A stretch of DNA of 64,000 nt. It comes from a virus. The DNA is taken from positions 1 to 64,000 of the IMG/VR virus record IMGVR_UViG_3300002461_000401; one strand, written 5' to 3'. Made by a program: the position numbers and the translations under genes. Below, one piece after another: positions 60,298 through 64,000 of this stretch. A model generated the notes under the pieces. That model made no database searches, was not told the DNA's origin, and saw only the letters and a list, made by a program, of their open reading frames with translations. Position 1 is the first letter of the stretch, and the number at the start of each line of letters is the position of its first letter.

Positions 60298-62904
60298 ATG
60301 CGGTACCTTCACTACACACCGGACACAGCCAGCGAATATCCCATCTGTTTCCTGGTTCCGCGGCTCTCTGCAGGGGACATCCTGAAGTCCTACATCCAGC
60401 CCTACGGCTTGGATCCAGACGATGTCCTGGTCCTCAGCACCTTCTCTGGCTCATCGGCCACGAAGAAGCCGTCGGCCAAGGAGATCAAGGCCTACATCAC
60501 CGACGATCTGATGCCGGTCTTCACCGACCTGAACGTCAAATACGTCGTGGTGACCGACGCCAAGTACTTCAAGACGCTCACCAAGGCGACCTCCGTGGAC
60601 GCCAACCTGGGCTACGTCCTGCCTTCGCTCTTTGGCGATCAGCAGATCATCTACATCCCGAACTACCAGAGCATCTTCTACGATCCGGAGCGGGTGAAGG
60701 CCAAGATCGCTCAGGGGATCCAGGCGATGATCGACCATCGCAATGGGGTCTATGCGCCTCCTGGGACGGACGTTCTGCAGCAGGAGCACTACCCCAAGAA
60801 AGATGAGGAGATCCAGGCCTGGCTGAACCAGCTGCTGAGGATGAACTGCCCCTTGGCGATCGACATCGAGGGCTTCAGCCTCCGGCACCACGAGGCCGGC
60901 ATCGGCACCATCAGCTTCGCCTGGAACCAGCATGAAGGCATCGCCTTCCCGGTGGACTACGAGGAGATCCAGTGGGCTGATGAGGCTCCCTACGGCCGCC
61001 AGGTCCGGAACGAGAAGCGCCGGCAGATGCTCCGGAACTTCTTCGAAGCCTACCTCGAGAAGGCGATCTACCACCACATCGCGTACGACGTGTATGTCCT
61101 GATCTACCAGCTCTACATGAAGGACATCCTCGACACCGAGGGTCTCCTCAAGGGCATGAGCGTGCTCCTGCGGAACTGGGACTGCACCAAGCTGATCGCC
61201 TATCTGGCGACCAACTCCTGTGCCGGAAACATCCTCGGCCTGAAGCACCTGAGCCAGGAGTTTGCTGGGAACTACGCCCTTGGTGACGACATCAAGGACA
61301 TCACCCAGATCCCGCTCGACAAGCTACTGCGGTACAACCTGATCGACACCTGCTCGACCTGGTACGTCCACAACAAGCACTGGGACACGCTCGTCGCAGA
61401 TCAGCAGCTCGACGTGTACGAGACCGTCTTCAAGCCGGCGACGCTGGATATCATCCAGATGCAGCTGACTGGTCTGCCCGTGAACATGGAGAAGGTTCTC
61501 GAAGTCAACGAGATCCTCCTGGCTGAGCAAGCTCAAGCTCTCGCCACCATCATGAACTCTCAGATCATCCAAGGCTTCACCCACATCCTCAACGAACGCT
61601 GGGTGGAGAAGCGGAACAGCGAGCTCAAGGTGAAGCGGGTGACCATGGCTGATGCCAAGGAGGAGTTCAATCCAAACTCCGATCCACAGATGCGAACGCT
61701 CCTCTACGAGGTGCTCGAGCTCCCTGTGGTGGACCTGACCGACAGCAAGCTGCCGGCCACCGGTGCCAAGACCATCGAGAAGCTGATTCACCACACCAAG
61801 AAGCCCGAGATCATCGAGTTCCTGCAGGCGATGAACGACTACACGTCGGTGACCACCATCATCACGACGTTCATGCCGTCCTTCCTGAACACAGCTCAAG
61901 GGCCCGATGGGTGGCACTACCTCTTCGGCGGGTTCAACCTGGGCGGGACCATCTCCGGCCGGCTGAGCTCCTCGAACCCGAACCTGCAGAGCCTGCCGGC
62001 CAGCTCGAAGCACTCCAAGCTCATCAAGCTGTGCGTCGAAGCCCCGCCTGGCTGGATCTTTTGCGGCCTGGATTTCAATTCTCTCGAGGATCGAATCTCG
62101 GCGAAGACCACCAAAGATCCCAACAAGATCAAGGTGTACACCGATGGCTACGACGGTCACTCGCTGCGGGCATTCTCCTACTTCAGGGATCAGATGCCCG
62201 ACATCGTGGACACCGTGGAATCCATCAACTCGATCCAGAAGAAGTACAAGTCGCTTCGACAGGAATCGAAGATTCCCACGTTCGCCTTGACTTATGCGGG
62301 CACCTTCAGGGCCATCATGAACCAGTGTGGCTTCCCTGAGGACAAGGCTCGCATGATCGAAGAGCGGTACCACGATCTGTACCGTGTCAGCGACGAGTGG
62401 GTGGCGGCGAAGCTCCAGCAAGCAGCCAAGGATGGGTATGTGACCGTGGCCTTCGGACTCAGGCTTCGCACACCTCTCCTGGCTCAAGTGATCCGGGGAA
62501 ACCGCTCGACGCCTTACGAGGCGGAAGCGGAGGGTCGATCGGCCGGCAATGCTTTCGGGCAGAGCTGGTGCTTGCTGAACTCCAGGGCAGCGTCTGAGTT
62601 CATGGGCAAGGTGCGCGTGAGCGAGTTCCGCCTCGACATCAAGCCCTGCGCTCAGATCCATGATGCCCAATACTACCTCATTCGTGATGACGTGCGGCCG
62701 GTGGCTTTCACCAACGAGCATCTCGTCATCGCGGTGAACTGGCAGGACCACCCCGATATCTACGACGATCTCGTCCCTCTCGGTGGGGAGTTGTCGATCT
62801 TCTGGCCCAACTGGGCTCATGAGATCGGCATCCCCAATGGGGCCGGCGAGGATGAGATCCTCGGGATCATCGAGGAGGCTCTGTCTCCAGAAACCAAGAC
62901 TTGA
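60298..62904 (+). CDS. family A DNA polymerase with 3'-5' exonuclease domain (N4 gp39-like)
   Basis: 868 aa. Exo I AIDIEGFS, Exo III HIAYDVYV. Pol motif A GLDFNSLEDRI, motif B RQESKIPTFALTYAG, motif C AQIHDAQY. Confidence 0.93.
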   Translation: MRYLHYTPDTASEYPICFLVPRLSAGDILKSYIQPYGLDPDDVLVLSTFSGSSATKKPSAKEIKAYITDDLMPVFTDLNVKYVVVTDAKYFKTLTKATSVDANLGYVLPSLFGDQQIIYIPNYQSIFYDPERVKAKIAQGIQAMIDHRNGVYAPPGTDVLQQEHYPKKDEEIQAWLNQLLRMNCPLAIDIEGFSLRHHEAGIGTISFAWNQHEGIAFPVDYEEIQWADEAPYGRQVRNEKRRQMLRNFFEAYLEKAIYHHIAYDVYVLIYQLYMKDILDTEGLLKGMSVLLRNWDCTKLIAYLATNSCAGNILGLKHLSQEFAGNYALGDDIKDITQIPLDKLLRYNLIDTCSTWYVHNKHWDTLVADQQLDVYETVFKPATLDIIQMQLTGLPVNMEKVLEVNEILLAEQAQALATIMNSQIIQGFTHILNERWVEKRNSELKVKRVTMADAKEEFNPNSDPQMRTLLYEVLELPVVDLTDSKLPATGAKTIEKLIHHTKKPEIIEFLQAMNDYTSVTTIITTFMPSFLNTAQGPDGWHYLFGGFNLGGTISGRLSSSNPNLQSLPASSKHSKLIKLCVEAPPGWIFCGLDFNSLEDRISAKTTKDPNKIKVYTDGYDGHSLRAFSYFRDQMPDIVDTVESINSIQKKYKSLRQESKIPTFALTYAGTFRAIMNQCGFPEDKARMIEERYHDLYRVSDEWVAAKLQQAAKDGYVTVAFGLRLRTPLLAQVIRGNRSTPYEAEAEGRSAGNAFGQSWCLLNSRAASEFMGKVRVSEFRLDIKPCAQIHDAQYYLIRDDVRPVAFTNEHLVIAVNWQDHPDIYDDLVPLGGELSIFWPNWAHEIGIPNGAGEDEILGIIEEALSPETKT

Positions 62905-62913
62905 GGAGCTCAC

Positions 62914-63486
62914 ATGAGCCAGGATGAAAAGAACCCGATGACTCTGCAGGAAGCTGTGGAGTACGCCATCGGCCGCTTCGACGACTACGCAGAGCAACAC
63001 CAGGCGAAGTGTACCGATTCGGGCTACCACAAGGCCGCGGTCAACCGGACGCACGCTCGCAAGCTGCGTGCGTCGCTGGAGGCTTCTCGAGCGCCTCATG
63101 ATCCGCAGCCGGTGCGGCAGATGTACTTCCTCGTCTGTGGCGAGATCGTCTTCCGCGGCCCGGAGGAGACTGACCCTCCGTGCCAGATCCGGCTCAACTG
63201 TGTGGTGATGAGCCGCGATGGGCGCTTCCCGGTGTCCCACATCGCGCAGGCGCAGCAGACGCTGCAGAAGGCGTTCCACCAGCGTTTCCAGGACGACACC
63301 CTGGTCGTGATGGACTGCCCGATCATCAACATCCTGCCTCTCGGCCACTTCACGCATGAGGAGTTCAACAACCTCCCCATGCCTGGTGCCGACGAGGCTG
63401 CTCCCGAAGTCGCTCGGACTCCTGAGGATGCCGAACGGATCCTTCGGGACGCCGGCGTGACGATCATGTCTCCCGGCAAGGCGTAA
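62914..63486 (+). CDS. hypothetical protein
   Basis: 190-aa ORF directly after the polymerase gene. Confidence 0.5.
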   Translation: MSQDEKNPMTLQEAVEYAIGRFDDYAEQHQAKCTDSGYHKAAVNRTHARKLRASLEASRAPHDPQPVRQMYFLVCGEIVFRGPEETDPPCQIRLNCVVMSRDGRFPVSHIAQAQQTLQKAFHQRFQDDTLVVMDCPIINILPLGHFTHEEFNNLPMPGADEAAPEVARTPEDAERILRDAGVTIMSPGKA

Positions 63487-63489
63487 GAT

Positions 63490-63510
63490 TTCAGCTGCTG
63501 AGCAGCTGAA
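63490..63510 (+). other. 10-bp palindrome TTCAGCTGCT-g-AGCAGCTGAA
   Basis: Read directly. Located in the 98-nt gap after the 62914 gene and followed by a second stem GCGGAGG...CCTCCGC. Confidence 0.6.
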
Positions 63511-63584
63511 TTGAGTGGCGGAGGACAGCCTTTTCCTGGGTTGTGCCTCCGCACCTCTCAGCCCTCATCAGCAAGAGATCTCTC

Positions 63585-64000
63585 ATGCCCATCACCAACA
63601 ACTCGGACATATCGCTGGCTCTGGCGGTATGGTTGCTCCACGACGAATACGACCACCAGGACATCGCCAACTACATCTCGGCGACCTCCCTGATGAAGCC
63701 GCTTCGGCATCTGGTTCTCGGGCCCCGTGTGCCACCCCAGAGCCGCAAGATCGACGTCGAGGACTTCATCCCGACGGCGCTCGGCAAGAGCCTTCATGAC
63801 TCGATCGAGAAGGCCTGGACCATCGGTTACGGGCCGGCCCTCCGGAAGATGGGCTACCCGGACAGCGTGATCGAGAACATCGCCATCAACCCGACAGACG
63901 AGCAGCGTCGGGCCTCGAACAGCATGATCCCCGTCTATCTGGAACAGCGCATGTTCCGGAAGGTCGTGATCAACGGTGTCGAGTACACCATCGGTGGCAA
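63585..64000 (+). CDS. hypothetical protein, 5' part (open to window end)
   Basis: Not in the track (no stop). ATG 63585 MPITNNSDISLALAVWLLHDEYDHQDIANYISATSLMKPLRHLVLG... stays open to 64000. Confidence 0.55.
   Translation, partial: MPITNNSDISLALAVWLLHDEYDHQDIANYISATSLMKPLRHLVLGPRVPPQSRKIDVEDFIPTALGKSLHDSIEKAWTIGYGPALRKMGYPDSVIENIAINPTDEQRRASNSMIPVYLEQRMFRKVVINGVEYTIGG

Overview
The window is most of an N4-like (Schitoviridae-type) podophage genome, about 55-57% GC by eye. It has two divergent transcription blocks that meet at a ~1 kb non-coding hub (37020-37988).

Minus strand, 37019 down to 1: a late/virion block in N4 gene order.
- N4 gp49-family protein, an HTH-metallophosphoesterase, and a DUF5664 NTP pyrophosphohydrolase.
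- Small and large terminase subunits, then small tail proteins.
- Three enzymatic tail proteins: a 1540-aa GH5+GH18+PL7-like protein, a Calx-beta+GH5 protein, and a Calx-beta+SGNH protein.
- A GC-rich LamG tail-fibre island.
- A lysis cassette: holin-like protein, TIGR02594 endolysin, and overlapping spanins.
- Portal, scaffold-like protein, major capsid protein and internal virion proteins.
- The first ~1996 codons of the giant virion RNA polymerase. This gene is absent from the ORF track because its stop codon lies outside the window.

Plus strand, 37989 to 64000: an early/middle block.
- Small early genes behind three copies of a GGCC-TCC-GGCC hairpin motif.
- A DprA/SLOG-like protein.
- The split T7-like RNAP II (RNAP1 and RNAP2).
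- A GC-rich, terminator-bracketed accessory cassette of Ea22-like and paralogous small genes.
- An AAA+ ATPase and a vWA/metallopeptidase protein.
- dCTP deaminase, ATP-dependent DNA ligase, ThyX, a MazG-like protein, an SF1 helicase and a family A DNA polymerase.

Most long ORFs in the track that lie antisense to these genes are shadow ORFs produced by codon bias. No rRNA, CRISPR array, integrase or transposase was seen. No complete tRNA cloverleaf could be folded by hand. All functional calls rest on motifs I could read directly plus N4 synteny; no database search was possible.
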